The notes beneath the pieces are model-generated. The model was not told the origin of the DNA and did no database searches. It was given only the letters and a program-made list of their open reading frames with translations. A stretch of DNA of 64,000 bases from Lepidodermella squamata (Eukaryota; Animalia; Gastrotricha): contig JBLDXI010000012.1 in assembly GCA_047495785.1 (NCBI GenBank), positions 1,318,592-1,382,591 of the forward strand, read 5' to 3'. The position numbers and the translations under genes are program-made. The number at the start of each line of letters is the position of its first letter. Within the stretch, counting starts at the first letter, position 1. Of this stretch, positions 36,502 through 50,800 are shown piece by piece.

Positions 36502-37630
36502 ATGATTGTTGAAATTTTATTGTGCATTATGTTGGCGATGATCGCGCTGCTATTTGAAAATGGCAAAAATGGCTACTCAACATTATTATATCTGACTTGT
36601 TTGTTTGAAAAATTTATAATTTTTACGGATGAAATGGATAATAAAAATGGAAAATTACTTAATTCTTTTGTGAAAAAATCAACTCGCATCGAATGAGGCT
36701 CTGCAATAACTGGTGCAAAAGTGGGTAAGGAAAAGCTGTCGAATTTTTTCAAACGCTTTCCATTCCATAACCATGAGGTTCAGAATGCTTAACCAGGGAG
36801 AGAAAAACCGCTTTACCGCACTTTTTGCCGCCTTGCAGTTGAGCAAAGGTTGGAAAGCGAAAAAATTGATGGTTTTCAAATATTGAACGAGTAACATTTT
36901 AGTGTTCAAAAGGACGCTTTGAAGCAAATTAGGAGCGCCTTTCAAAGATGGCTCTCGATTAGAAAAATTGCGCAAAGTCTCGTTAAAAAAATAATTTAGA
37001 AAAATCCCACGATAAATCTAAAGCGGCTCAAGATCTAAAGCAGGAGTCTACATAATCGTCTCGGCCTGATTAATGATTTGGATTCAAAAGGTCGTTGTTA
37101 ATTTCACCTTAGTTTCACCTACGTGTACACCGCTTCAAAGGCTCACGGTCGAAAAAGGACTTAACCATTTCTATGGAGGCTGATATTCAATAGGCTAATA
37201 GCAGAGGAGACATTCATCAGTTCGCTAGCCCTCAAATTTGCTACCAAAAATACCGAATCATAAGGCAGTACCCAAATAATAGGCTGGGTTAGACATTAGA
37301 CCCTCCTAAGAATTTAAGACCTGTTTTAAATCGATCTCAGGTGAGCAGTTCATTTTTCTGTAAATGTCCTTCAAAAAATAGAGGACAGTGCCTAATAATT
37401 CGGCTTTTGTGGTAATCAACTCTCAACTTATCTACTTCTTATCTACCGATTTTTTCAAAAATGGGACAGCATCGAAAGTTGGAATGGAAGCCTAGTTCTA
37501 TTGTAGTAGATAATGCCATTTTAGTGATCCGTTGGTGTCAAGCGAGGAGTTTCAAGAGAAATTAATTAGGTTTCTATTGTTCGCGTGAATCATCCATCAA
37601 AAGCACCATGATTTTACTATTTCTGGGGGT

Positions 37631-37664
37631 AATTTGACCCCCAGTCCGGACTGGGGGTCAAATT
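37631..37664. repeat. Perfect 34-bp palindrome
   Basis: AATTTGACCCCCAGTCC|GGACTGGGGGTCAAATT. Confidence 0.9.
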
Positions 37665-38325
37665 GTTTCACATTTGTTATGATATTCCATTTATTTGAGC
37701 AGAAACATCACATATTTCAGTGAGTAAACAGATACTATAAGATACCTCGAATTACTTCTGAGAGTAAACGTGAAATTCGCGTAAAATTTTGAAAAAATCC
37801 CTTCGATCACCTCACTTTTGGGCAAAATTTTAACTATTCCGTAATAATTCAGATGTATTCCCAGACAAAGTGAAACAAACTGAAACAAAGCTCGAACATT
37901 TCGAAAAAATTTGATGCACGTTTCGATCACAACCCCCCATGTCAGTTATTCCAACCAGCCCGTGCGTCGTGTTGCATCGTGTTTTATCCAGCATAGATAA
38001 AAAATACTGAAGACATGGCACTTACATGTGCTTCTTGTTGTGCTTCTTTGCAGTCAAATGCGCAGTATTGCAAATTTTTCAAAAATTAATTAAAAATAAA
38101 CATCAGTCTCCGAAAACTCCAAGAAAATTACAGCTTATTATTTGGTACCCGCGCTGATGTAAATCGAATCCTCATACAACTTGGGGTTAACATTTGCGTT
38201 TCAGAGATACATTTTTTCGAAGTTTTTGCCTACATTTATATAGGGCCCAATTGTCGCGTATTATCATCGTAGCATAACTGTGCTAGTGTCATAATATCTT
38301 CAGTATTTTTTATCAATATACTATA

Positions 38326-39083
38326 TACCGTATATTCCGTAATAGCTTCATATCGTTAGCGGCGCGCCAAAACAACCACTTAGATGATTCATTCGATCGT
38401 ACTTGAAGTCGCCGAACGTAATGATAAAGTACGATAGGCCATTTGAGCACTGATTTTTTTCTACTCTCGATCGTACTATCCATATAAAATCTATAAATAG
38501 TAAAGTGGTTGTTTTGGCGCGCCGCTAACGATATACCCGTTATTACCGCCCGTCCCGTTTACAACCCCCCTTTTCAGGGCCTTTGAAAAAATAAAGCCTC
38601 ATACTCGCAATAGCTACCCGGGAGCTAAATATTAATTCAAACTTTGAAAATCGCATTTAAAAATAATAGCGCCTGGATTTTTGAAATTCTATTTCTGAGG
38701 CGTATGATGGGCATGTTTGATAGAAAATGGTGAAACATAGCCGAGTGAGAGAAGTTCAGCAACAAAAATTGCCAAAGTAGCTGTCGATTTCCTAGCATTC
38801 ATGATTTAAAGAAAACTAACATTTTAAAATTCAAATAATTTGCTCAAAAATGGCTGAAAACTCGCAATCGAACGATGAAGTTCTCGATTTTGATGAAAAG
38901 CTGTTGACTTTAGTTCAAAAATTATCAATTTATTCTTATTTTTACTCAATTTTAACACTTGAAAACTTGCTTTGAAACAATAAAGTCGCATGCTCGCAAT
39001 TGTAACACGTCCCGTTTACAACCCCCCTTTTTCGAAGCTTTGAAATTACAATGCCCCCTGAAGCTATTACGGAAAATACGGTA
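38326..39083. mobile_element. Non-autonomous TA-flanked DNA transposon with a nested MITE (38350-38534)
   Basis: Outer TIR TACCGTATATTCCGTAATAGCTTC / GAAGCTATTACGGAAAATACGGTA; inner TIR ATATCGTTAGCGGCGCGCCAAAACAACCACTT / AAGTGGTTGTTTTGGCGCGCCGCTAACGATAT. Confidence 0.8.
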
Positions 39084-39302
39084 TCTAACGTACAAGTTTT
39101 CATGGCTGTTGAATGGCATGCTAGGTATAAGCTAAACATACTAAAACCGTCGGCAAAGCTATGACTTGTGTCCGGTTGGCAGTAAATTATCGAACAAACG
39201 AATGCAATGTGATAAATTATTAAGAAAACACCTAATTTTATTACCCCAGGTGCGTTTCACCTGTGATTTTTTATCACCAACTCTGTCGAATTTGCATTAG
39301 CA

Positions 39303-40654
39303 ATGTTATATCTCATACTTTGTGTCAGTTTTGTAATATTACGGATCGGTGAGGCTGAAAACTCCGAGCAGCAAAGGTGTACTGATTATTCCCGCGAGAT
39401 TCAAGACCGCAACATCACCGAAGCCATTTTTGGTGACTCCAAATATTGGGAGAGGCCAGTTAAAGATGCTCGCAAGCCCATCTCTGTGCTGCTTAGGTTC
39501 GGAATATTATCCATAGATGATATCGTGAGTTTCTCGCCTAATATCAGCGGCTTCTAACACTTTTTTTAATAGGATGAGAGGATGCGTTTGGTCAGCGTAA
39601 ACGGATTTATCACCATGGTAAGTCACTGACTTAAAGCTAAAATAAAATGAACGAGAGCTGATCTAAACATAAGAAATGGACAGATGAAATTCACCGATGG
39701 AACGAAACATTTCCTCTATCATGCATCAGTAGTCTGGTGCTACCGTTTGGTGAGCACACTGGGGTATGGCTGCCAGAGGTCGCTTTGATGAATGCAGATG
39801 ATGTCTACCTGGTAACTCGGGACAAGCAAAGTTACATCCGAATTGCATCGGATGGCAGCAGCAGATTCAGTAGTGCTGGATCCATATCATTCCACTGCAA
39901 TTTCGACCTCTCCTTTTTCCCTTTTGATACACAAGCTTGTGTTGTTCACCTTGAAAGTTGGCGATATCCTAGAACTCATCAAAGGTTACACATCTTCGAA
40001 CCAGCTATTTCTTTGCAAAACACTACAATTCACGAGCAGTGGGAAATAATTGGGACTAGAGTGTTGAACGAATCAGTTTTGTACACGGACCCTAGCGTAA
40101 CATTCGATACGATGAAGTTTCAGCTGACTTTCCGCAGAAAACCTGGTTTTTACCTCCTTAACGTCATCATTCCGAGCTCTCTAATATCAGTCATTGAGCT
40201 GGCTTCGTTTGCAGCCTCGCCAAAACGGGTTGAGAGATTGGAGATTTCCTTCACCTGTATGCTGGCATACGCTATGTTCCAGTCATTCACGGCCGTAGAA
40301 CTGCCACGTTCAGCCGACCACCCGCCCATGCTGACCATCTACCTATGCCTCATGACAATTTACATTGCGCTAGCTATTTTCGCCCAAAGTGTTTGCTTAT
40401 ATCTACTTGACAAGCGCAGCTCGAAATCAGTTTTGGTTCGAATTTTGTGCCGGCGCAAGCGAGATTCGGCTGCATCATCTGCAGAGCTAAACGAGCAGCA
40501 GACAGGTGACGAAATTTTCATTCCGCCCTCGTCAATAGTGGAAGTTATAGACCGCGTCGCTTTTTACTGTTACTTGGTAATTGTTTTCATCTCGACCTTG
40601 ACATTTTTTGTATTCATTCCTCAATATCACGCACTTGTGTCTAAAAGCGAATAG
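39303..40654 (+). CDS. Cys-loop ligand-gated ion channel subunit 2 (exons 39303-39524, 39573-39617, 39674-40654)
   Basis: Signal peptide, ERPVKD, 45-nt exon DERMRLVSVNGFITM, VWLPEV, Cys loop CNFDLSFFPFDTQAC, ESWRY, RRKPGFY, M1-M4. Confidence 0.93.
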
Positions 40655-40859
40655 CTTAGCTATTATCATATTCCGAATCTGGTTAATATCTCATTGCTAT
40701 CCTACGAAGATTTTTCCTCCTTCCCCTTCTTGCCGATTGTATGTGTTTATGTTGGACATGGAGAAGAATGTTAAATAATCGAACATATAATTGCCGAGGA
40801 CGTTGTAAGTGAGGCTAATTGGATAATAAAATTAGTAAATTACTTCAACTCTTTTATAT

Positions 40860-41580
40860 CTGATCGACGCTTGTCTTTCCCCTCCAGACTGCACTCCTCG
40901 TAAAGCTGCCAGCCTTTTTCCTCGAAACGTGGAACGACTGGTCAGAAGTGCTGTGAAGCAGGCCCCAGATCTGCCGAAAGATACACCGTCATCGTTTCTT
41001 TAAGCAACGAAGAAATGGTGCGGACTTGATTTCATGCCAAGCGAATGGGAGACTTTCATTCAGCACTAATCTAAGTGCGGGAATCTAGCTAAACTGAACA
41101 ACCCACATCTCAAATTGTGTCGCGATTTTGAAAGCGAAATGACATCATGTCTCGAGGCGCTCAGTATCAGTGCACCTAACCGCGGACAGCATCTACGTTC
41201 TATGCAACGCGAACGCTCGTCGTTCAGCGAGTCGCACAAAGGCCGAGACATGGAGCTCTGTAAAGAAGTGCGCACCTGCAATAAATGGATATCGACCTTT
41301 ATCGACCTTTGATTTCACCACCGCCCGAGCCAACGTGAGTTCCAACGAGAACACTCACGGCGCAGCACCGACGGAAGACGGAACCTGTTGTCGCCCTTGT
41401 GACGACAATAATGAAACTCTTCCTCACATCCTAGGAGACAGCGAATTCGGAAAGCTCATGAGGAACGCCCGCCACCATCGTATCCGCTCAACAATTGCGG
41501 CCGCCCTACTTGCGCTACGAAGGGCTACGAAGTTCACGAGTAACTTGCTTGCATCACCGATGACGGCCAGCCTATCTAGA
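40860..41580 (+). mobile_element. Degenerate fragment of an RLE-type (R2/NeSL/Utopia-like) non-LTR retrotransposon
   Basis: Frameshifted remnants KGRDMELCKEVRTCNKWI and CRPCDDNNETLPHILG...LMRNARHHRIRSTIAAAL followed by GYEVHE, matching the zinc-knuckle and RH motif that precede the restriction-like endonuclease; boundaries approximate. Confidence 0.7.
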
Positions 41581-41966
41581 CACCAGTGGTGGTAGTTTCC
41601 GTATACAGTGACATCAACATTTCTCGCGGTCTACGGTACAAGGTAAAGTTTATGTTCCCCCGGTCTCATTTCAGTCAAGTAATGACCATCCAACCATCCC
41701 GCTGTTTCGTAGTTTTTTATCCAGCAGCGTAGAAGTTGTCATGGCCCTTGCTGTTGAATGGCATAATAGGTGGAGAGAAAGAAGCTAACCCTGAAACTGC
41801 CGACAAAGCTATGAGTTGTGAGCAAGGTTAACAGTAGTTAATAATGAAAATTATCGAACAAACGAATGCGACGTGTTAAATTATTAATAAACCGAAGATT
41901 TTATGACACCAGGTGCGTTTCTCCTGCGATTTTTACACACAATATTCTGTCGAATTTGCATTTGAG

Positions 41967-43338
41967 ATGTTCTTTTTACTCTGTGTCTCTTTGGTATTAC
42001 GGATCGCTGAGGGTGAAAACTCCGAGCAGCAAAGGTGTGCTGATTTTCCCCGTGAGATTTACGACCGTAACATCACCGAAGCCATTTTTGGTGACTCCAA
42101 ATATTGGGAGAGGCCAGTTAAAGATGCTCGCAAGCCCATCACTGTGCAACTTCGTTTTGGAATATTTTCCATAACAGATATTGTGAGTTCATCGCAATAT
42201 ATCAGCGGTTCCTATAATGATAACTTCTATATATTAGGATGAGAAGATGCGGTTAGTCAGCGTTGACGGTTTCATCACAGTGGTAAGTCATCTTTTAAAA
42301 ACATTAAAATCATTTTACTGTGAGCTGATCAAACAAAATAAGAAATGGATGGATGAAATTCACCGATGGAACGAAACATTTCCTTTGTCATGCATCAGTA
42401 GTCTAGTGCTGCCGTTCGGTGAGCACACTGGGGTATGGATGCCAGAAGTCGCTTTGATGAATGCAGATGATGTATACCTGGTAACTCGAAACAAGGAAAG
42501 TTACGTCCGAATAGCATCGGATGGCAGTAGCAGGTTCGGTGGGGCCGGATCCATATCATTCCACTGCGACTTTGATCTCTCCCTTTTCCCGTTTGATACC
42601 CAAGATTGCATTGTTCACCTTGAAAGTTGGCGGTATCCTCGAACTCATCAAAGGTTCATGCCTTTTGAGCCAGCTATTTACTTACAAAACACTACAACCC
42701 ATGAGCAGTGGGAAATAATAGGTTCGCGAGTTTTGAACGAATCAGTTGTATACTCAGACCCAAGTTTGTCATTCGACACGATGAAGTTTCAACTGACTTT
42801 CCGCAGAAAACCCGGTTTTTACCTTCTCAACGTCATAATTCCGAGCTCTCTAATATCAGTTATTGAGCTGGCTTCGTTTGCAGCCTCGCCAAAACGGGTT
42901 GAAAGATTGGAGATTTCCTTCACCTGTATGCTGGCTTACGCAATGTTCCAAACACTCACAGCTGGAGAACTACCACGTTCCGCCGACCACCCACCCATGT
43001 TGACCATTTACCTATGCCTAATGACGGTTTACATTGCAATAGCGATACTCGTGCAAAGTATTTGCTTATTTCTACTCGACAATAAACGCAGCTCGAAGTC
43101 AGTTTTGGTTCGAATTTTGTGCCGGCGAAAGCGTCAACATCGAGATTCGGCTGCGTCATCTGCAAATTTAAATGGGCAACTGACAGGTGAAGGAGCGGCG
43201 GAAATTCCACCCTCCTCAGTAGCGGAGGTTATCGACAGCATCGCTTTTTATTGTTACTTGGTAATTGTTCTCATCTCGACCTTGACATTTTTCGTATTCA
43301 TTCCTCAATATCACGCACTATTATCTAAAAGCGAATAG
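41967..43338 (+). CDS. Cys-loop ligand-gated ion channel subunit 3, tandem duplicate of subunit 2 (exons 41967-42182, 42238-42282, 42343-43338)
   Basis: Highly similar to 39303-40654 including flanks; Cys loop CDFDLSLFPFDTQDC. Confidence 0.93.
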
Positions 43339-44802
43339 CTTAGCTATTATCTGGTATATTATAATCCGAATATATAATTATATATGGTATTATAATCCGA
43401 ATCTGGTTAGAATCTCATTGTTATCCTACGCAGTTTTTCTTCTTTCCCCTTGCATGTGAACTGGCTCCGACAGAGATCTCTTTTGAACAAATTGGACGAC
43501 CTATCAAGTTTGGTTTCAACTTTCGTTGCTAAGCTCAGGAAGCCGGGGAAAGTCGCGTGATGTGATACCTATTTTGCTATAGTTCGTTAGTTAATTAGTG
43601 CAAAAAGTATCAATGGCTCTGACTTAGGCTTTTTCCTTTTTCCCGCGCCGCTCTCAAAGCTGATCTTTCACTACAAGGTCCAACTGCTATGTTCTAAGTT
43701 TTTTTGCACTGAATTTTTGCTCGAAACCGTAGTTTTTTCATTTTCGAATCATTTTTGTATTTTGTATCCAAGCTTCTTCGAAGTTCTTCTCGATTTTTTT
43801 TTTGAAATTCAAGGAATTCGTGTGGAATAAAAACCTGGAATTGATAGAGAAAGTAATCTTTCAGAAAGTGAAAAATTGATATTTTTTCTTCAAAATTTCT
43901 GCAGGCAGGTTGTACCAGTTTTGCCCAATTTCCGCAGCTGAAAATTCGAAGTATAAAACGACCGGTTAATTAGTCTTTTCCACAAATTTATTAGTTCACT
44001 TGTTCAATTAGCATTCAATAGACTCCATATTATATCCAAATAGGTCAAACGCATATCATGAAAATTAAATTATATTAGCTGCATACGTTTTCAATCGTGT
44101 TTTCATGCATTGCACAAAAAGCAACAACAAAAAACGGGAAATCAGGTGGTGTGAGATAAAAATTGTGGGGTAAAAATTCGGGACAAGTCGGGACAAGTGT
44201 TAAACAAGCAAACAAACGAGCGGTAATTAAATTTCATGATTCAGAAAGAACGTGATCATGATTTTATGCGTACAAGTCTATGCGACAATCAAAAATTGTA
44301 GCATTAATACTTCCAGAATCGGCAATTTTAATCTTTTGAAATAAAACTCATAGTTAAATTTGCATTAATATTGATAAAAATTATGCAAACATAGACAATG
44401 CGATTGAGATCGTTGTGAGTTTAACAGTCAAAATCAGCAAAAGACATATAATTTTAGTAGTTGAATCAATTTCGATCAATATTTTTAGTAGTATTCATAC
44501 AGCATAATGTCGTTATAATAATTTTCACCTGATACAATAATTGTTTGAGGGAAATAAATCACAGTAAAGTAGAATAATATATAACAAAAGTTTTAGTCAG
44601 TTTCTTATGCACAGAAAAATTATGAAGTAATATCAACAGTGTCGACGAAGAAAGGAAAAAATGCGTCCCAGAAAAAGATTCACTAACCACGTTTTATTTT
44701 TATATCATAATAATTCAGCAAAAAAACTGGTAAGATAATTATTTTAATCATTTTTTTGTATCACGTTTTGCAATCGACTACTCGGGTGCAATATGGAATT
44801 TT

Positions 44803-47800
44803 TCAGAAGTAATCGCCGTCGTCCGAATAGCCGGACGCAGATGATTTTCGACCCGATTCACGCGTACCCTTGCCACTGTCGGCCGTCAAACTTTTCGGCG
44901 GCGTCAGCGTCTCAATATCAGAATTCGAGGTGGTATCCCCGCCATCGCCCAGCTCCTCCTCCTCATCATCCAAATCGTCATACATCGATTTCGTCCTAGC
45001 AACCGGCGCGGATTTTGAAGCCGAGTCGGAAATCGGGCTGGAAATCGCTCCCCAACATTCTTTCACCTTGTTGCAATGAGAAATCGCTAGGGCTAAGCAC
45101 GCGACCTGGCCCTCGGTCGCACACGCCGAGAAAATTGGGGCCGATTTCTTCGACCCGGTTGACAACGGGTTGACCCCGATTTTCAACAGCGCCTCCGTCA
45201 ATCGAACCAGGCCCTTTCGAATCGAGTGTTTTAAGGCGGCGTGACCCCACTCCCCAGCACCGTCTTTGCCGTTGACTCTGAGGTAGGTTTCTAGCAAGAA
45301 TAACGCCGTAGATTCGTGGCCCCGAATCGCGGCTAATCTCAGCCAGTTCGGACTTTCGCCGAACGAATCGACCAGACCAGGTTCGCCTAGCAATTCGCCA
45401 ACCTCACGCAGCAGGCTCATCCGGCCGTTTGATATCGCGTACTGAAGCGGCGTCCATTTTCGGTAATTATCTCTCACGGCTAATTGCTGAGACACCCCGG
45501 TTACTTTCAATGAGTCCAATAGCAGCCGGAAAACGCTCGAAGAACCAGCGGCAAAAACTGCGTGGAATAACGATCTGCCTCTGGAATCTTTGAAATCGCC
45601 GAGAAACTCTTTTTCCCGGTCCTTATCTCCGCGGAAAAATGATTGACACAGCTTTTCAAAGGCTGAACTTCGATCTGCTAGAGCTGCGCAGTGGAACGGG
45701 GTTAATTTCGAATTTTGCCGATAATTTTTCAGTAATTTATCCACCCAATCCGGCTCGAGTTGGTCGAGTAGACACGTTAAAACCGGGTCTTCGTACGAGG
45801 CTGAGTTGAAACTAGTGGGCGAGATCACCCGGCGCCATGCTGCCAGGTGAAGGGGTGAAATGCCGTCTGAGTCGCAGGCTAAAACGAGTTTTGGGTTGGT
45901 TGAAGCGATAACTTCGACAATGTCCGCGTTTCCGCATGTAACAGCAAGGTGTAACGCGTTGCGGCCCAGCACGCCGTCCTTTTGATTCAGGCTCTGAGGT
46001 TCGGCCTTCGATAACCATTGAACGAGCTCGGTGTCACCGATGAAAATTGCTCGATGTAACGCAGTACGCCTAAAATAGGAATAGACAGTAAAATCCGTTA
46101 TCCGTTATCATGAATACGTAATTTTCGTCAAAACCCTACTTTCTGCAGACCCTCTCAGTGCTGTTGTGCATTCTATATTCTATATTCATCTTTTCGAATA
46201 AAGAAGGTTTTTTAAACGACCGACGGCGTCGAAAACGACATCCGAACGCCCATTGTCGTCCGTTTTCCAAGGAAGCTGCCAGAAGGTGGTACGAAGCTGC
46301 CTGAAGCCGATGGCCCGGCGTACAACACAATATTTTGTGACTACATCGTAGTTTCCGTTACGGGAAAATTTGAAAAACTTCTTCAATTTGGCTATGGCAT
46401 CTTATTATCTCATTTCTTCCAATGTATTTAAAGCATAGCTGGATCTTTATCGCTCTGTTGATCGTTGTTTGTTCGACATCGCGATATCCAGTGGTTACTC
46501 AAAGCTTAAAAAACACTCAAATCTATGAACGATTCTCGACGTTTCAATAAGCTGACCCCGCGTAAACGTGTATTGTTAACTGACGAGCAACTGAATGACC
46601 TTAAAGCATGGTAAGCTGAGGATTCCAAGTTGTCACCAGGGAGACTCAGTGAAATGTTCGAAGACAAGTACAAGTTTTACGTTCCTCATACAACCGTATG
46701 GCGTATTGCTACCATGGCTGGTTCACGGAAGATTGGTAGAAAACGAGTACTCGATGATGAAGAAAATAACGTTATCATCACCTATTGTCAAATCCTCGCA
46801 TATTGGACGTTTCCGTACTTCAAGGGAAAGATGGTGTTCAGAGGTGATTCAGAGCTAGGTCGAGCCGGCCTCGACGAATTTACGACGTAGGCGGGCCTTT
46901 CTCCCCCGTCCAACTGTTCATAAAAATGCGCGGTCGATTGACTGAACAACAAAGGAAGAAAAATCTACCAGTGATGCTCATGCCGAATTCATCAACTCTT
47001 GGCTTTGCTGGTAAGAAGGATATCCTTTGGTTCAGATCATCGGGTGTCGGAGAAACCAGTTTGGGGTTTTACATGCATCGGATTCGTCGCCGTGCTGGCA
47101 TACATTCAGTTAAGTATTCGAATTATTCATTGAAAAGATATTTAACCAAGATTGAGTTGGATTTTTTGAAGTCTCATCACAAGAGCCACTGTTACAACGG
47201 ATGATATTAGTGAGTTTTTTCTCGAGTTGTCTGAGACGGATATCGGTCAAGCACCACCTGAAAATATCTTCAACTACGATGAGACTGGTCTAGTTGATGA
47301 TGAGGGCTCCTCGTTACGAAAGATTCCCTTCAAAGGACAAGTCGTCTGAAAAAACCGCACCGTCTGACCTTCGTTCTCAGTCTTCCAGTCAAAAAGTCCT
47401 TCCCCTTTTGAGCGCAAGCGCGATGATGGCTGGCCCTGGCGTCAAATCGAGCCCTCAGCAAAAGCCAAAATGACTCCCGCACATGGCGGTCTCTTGGGCA
47501 AGTTTGTTCAAGTAGAAAAAATTTCCGAAAATTCCCAAATTTAGCGCTCTATGCAAGATGCGATTACAATAATCGAGTCTCATTGTGAAAAAGAGCAAAG
47601 ACTGTAAATGAAGTGACTCGAAAATATTCGAAATTTTCCTTCTTCCCTCCTTAATCTTCGAATGAACTATCTCGAAATTTCCTTCATTTACCTTAAATTT
47701 TTTCTTTATTAAAATCTTTGACTTGAAACTTGAACTTCATTAAAATCTTCCCAAGCGCGTGAGCCAACAACGCTGTGAATTATTTGTAAATAAAAATGTT

Positions 47801-50800
47801 TGAAGGTTCTTGAAGTTATATTCGAAAAATCCTTCGAGTAGAAAATGTTTGTGCGAAAGAAATCCACTAATATGTATTGAACACTAATATGTTCGAAAAA
47901 AGTTGTAATCGAGTTTGGACGATGAGTCTTATCGAAATTATTCTGATATGATATTTCGAATAATTTATTGAATGATATCTATAAACGCTACCTTACACTA
48001 TATAATATTAATTTTAATTCGCTCTCGAATAATGCATAATATACTGGTTCTATGTCAATTGAGCAAACGAAAATTGGGCAACTAAAATAGAGCAAGGGCT
48101 TTTGAGCAACGATATTAGAGCAAACGAAAATAGAGCAAAACGACTTTTCGTCAAAATGAGATTAGAGCAAAACGACACGAGAGCACATTTAATAATTAAT
48201 TGCAGCTGTTATCTATTGTAAATAAAATTTGCTCTCGAGTCGTTTTGCTCTGATCTCATTTTGACGAAAAGTCGTTTTGCTCTATTTTCGTTTGCTCAAA
48301 AGTCGATTTGCTCTAATTTCGTTTGCTCTAATATCGTTGCTCAAAAGCCCTTGCTCTATTTTCGTTGCCCAATTTTCGTTTGCTCAATTGACATAGAACC
48401 AGTATACTTTAGATTTGAAAATCCCAGCTAAAATCATGAAAATAATGTTCAACTAATATTTTTACCTGGCTTTATCTTTCGCTCTAAAATCAGCGCCACG
48501 ATGCAGCAAGACACAGACCGACTCTCTGTGCCGACTAGTAATTGCTAGATGAAGAGGCGTCCTCAACTTGCGATCTCTCGCGTTTATGTAATTAGCCGGT
48601 TCGGGTAGCAACGGCCGCCGGCCCTGCCCGAACGCCGTTGTTGACAACTGATTCTCCGACGAATTAACCACGTAATCGACGAGAATTCGAACGGTTGACG
48701 CGACGCCGTAGTAGGCGGCTACGTGCAACGGGGTCCAGCCGTGTTTGCACTCTTTCGCCGTGACACTCGCGCCGCCGGCTAGAAGTAGCTGAACGCAGTC
48801 GGAGGCGGCTTCGGAATTTTTCAAGGCTGCTGCGTAGTGGAGAGGAGTCCAGCCGTACTCGTCGGCAGCAGAAACAAGCGATGGCATTAGCGGAATCAAG
48901 GCGGCTAGATTGGCAGCAAGTCCATGAAAACACTGCAAATTAAAGAACAAAATTGATTTTATATTTTAAATAAAACTGATATAATTATATCAAGACTCCT
49001 TTCTGGCAAACAGGAGAAATTTGCTAGAAAATGAACCCATGCAATTTTTCAAAAATTCCTCCTTAAAAGATTTAAGTAAATACGAGATAGCAGCGAATAC
49101 TAGAAACGATTTGCTCTCGCATTGATATTTTTGGAAAATCAAACGCGAAAAATTAATAAAATAAATCAAAATTGGGGGAAAATTGAAAACTTATGAAAAT
49201 TCCGCAGCTAATAAGAGCGAAGATATTTGAGTGACAAAAGAGCAAAGTAAATCAATGCCCACAATTATTTTTAAATAAAAATTAGAGCCACAAAAAGGGC
49301 AAATTGATACAAAAAATCCAACTAGGTGTTATTAAATTGCTATTTTGTCGTTTCGCTTCAAGTCCTCGCTCTTTTTCTGTTGCAACAAATTCAATTTGTC
49401 AAAAATGTCCCCTTGAAATATTTCCGAAAATACGAGCGAATATTTCACCCGCTTTGCATTAATATTTTTGGGAAAATCAACGCGAAAATTAATAAAAAAT
49501 TCAAAACTTGGTTCTTCGCTAATTGCGCGAATGAAAATCGAGCGAGGAAATTTGAGTGACAAAAGAGCAAAATAAATGATTACCCTCAATTATTTTGAAA
49601 TAAAAATCAGAGCCACGAAAAGGGCAAATTGATAAAAGTTGAAATAATTAGAAAATTCGCTATTTTATGGGTTTGCTCAAGTCCTCGCTTTTTCCGTTCG
49701 CGCAAACAGCTTAGAACCGACAATTTTTAGCATTTGAATTTTTACCAAAATCGGACATCCAAATTTATGCTCGAACAATCGCAGTAAAACATTATCTTCA
49801 AAATGAGGCGTCATTCAATCAGAAAAAAATTAATCAAGGCAGATCATCAAAAACAATGCAACTAATTGAGATGGCTAATAACAGCCAGAAGATTACGGGC
49901 AGCGCTTCATTAGAATAACAACAACGCTCAAGTGCGGAAAAACGCAGAAAACAACAAAACGTGACCTACCGTAATGTGTAAAGGATTGCACTGCGGCCCA
50001 ACCAGCGCCAAGTCAACAAGCTCACCGGCGTCGGCTGACGACAACAGGCACGACTCCCCGCTATTGCTGTTACCACCCGGTGGCGCTACACTGCCGCTGT
50101 TTTCAGTCGACGGCGACGCAAGGACGCGTGAAATCGCGCAACGCTCAAATGGCCCATTTCCAGCGCCATTTCCGGCACAGCCGTTCGAATTACCCGCGGC
50201 GTAGTGCAACAGCGACCGCGACTCAACATCCAACGTCAACGGATCGGCGTTCGCGAAACTTATCAACGAGTTGAAAACACTCGGGTTAGCCGAGTCGTCA
50301 AGCGCAGCGGCTATCATCAACGCGCTTCGGCCCTCTTTATCACACTGGTTCGGATCGACCAGGTCGCCGGCTTGGTCGATCAGCGTTTTGATGCTATCAG
50401 CTGCGAAACGGCGCTTTCTCGACGCGGCGATGAAATGAATCGGCGCCCAGCCGGAAAACGCTGAGCAGCCGCGGTTGAAATCGGCGAAATAATGAGACCC
50501 GGCTAGCAGCTCGATAACCCCGGGGAAGCCGCTGTAACACCCGGCGTGAAAACTGTTCCGCCCGAGTGAATCTTGAATTAAATCCAGATTTTTCACCGTT
50601 TTCGGTAATACGCCTAGCAAGACCCGGCAACACTCAGCCGAGCCTGATGCTGCGGCTAGTAGCAACGGGAAAGCGTTGCAGCAATCTCTGTTGGCCTTCG
50701 CCAACGGCCCAGATTCATTTTTCGCGTCAAATTGGTAGAAACGGGCTAATAAATCGCAAATATAGGTGTTGCCCTGAGACGCGGCGTAATGCATAGGTTC

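Noticed and set aside
42247-42342. Read-through of intron 2 in Cys-loop subunit 3 as coding sequence
   Set aside because: A 60-nt GT-AG intron at the same position as in both paralogs; being stop-free and in frame is probably chance
48040-48406. CRISPR-like array (also the AAATC repeats at 16403-16521)
   Set aside because: Eukaryotic context, no unique regularly sized spacers; these are transposon subterminal repeats
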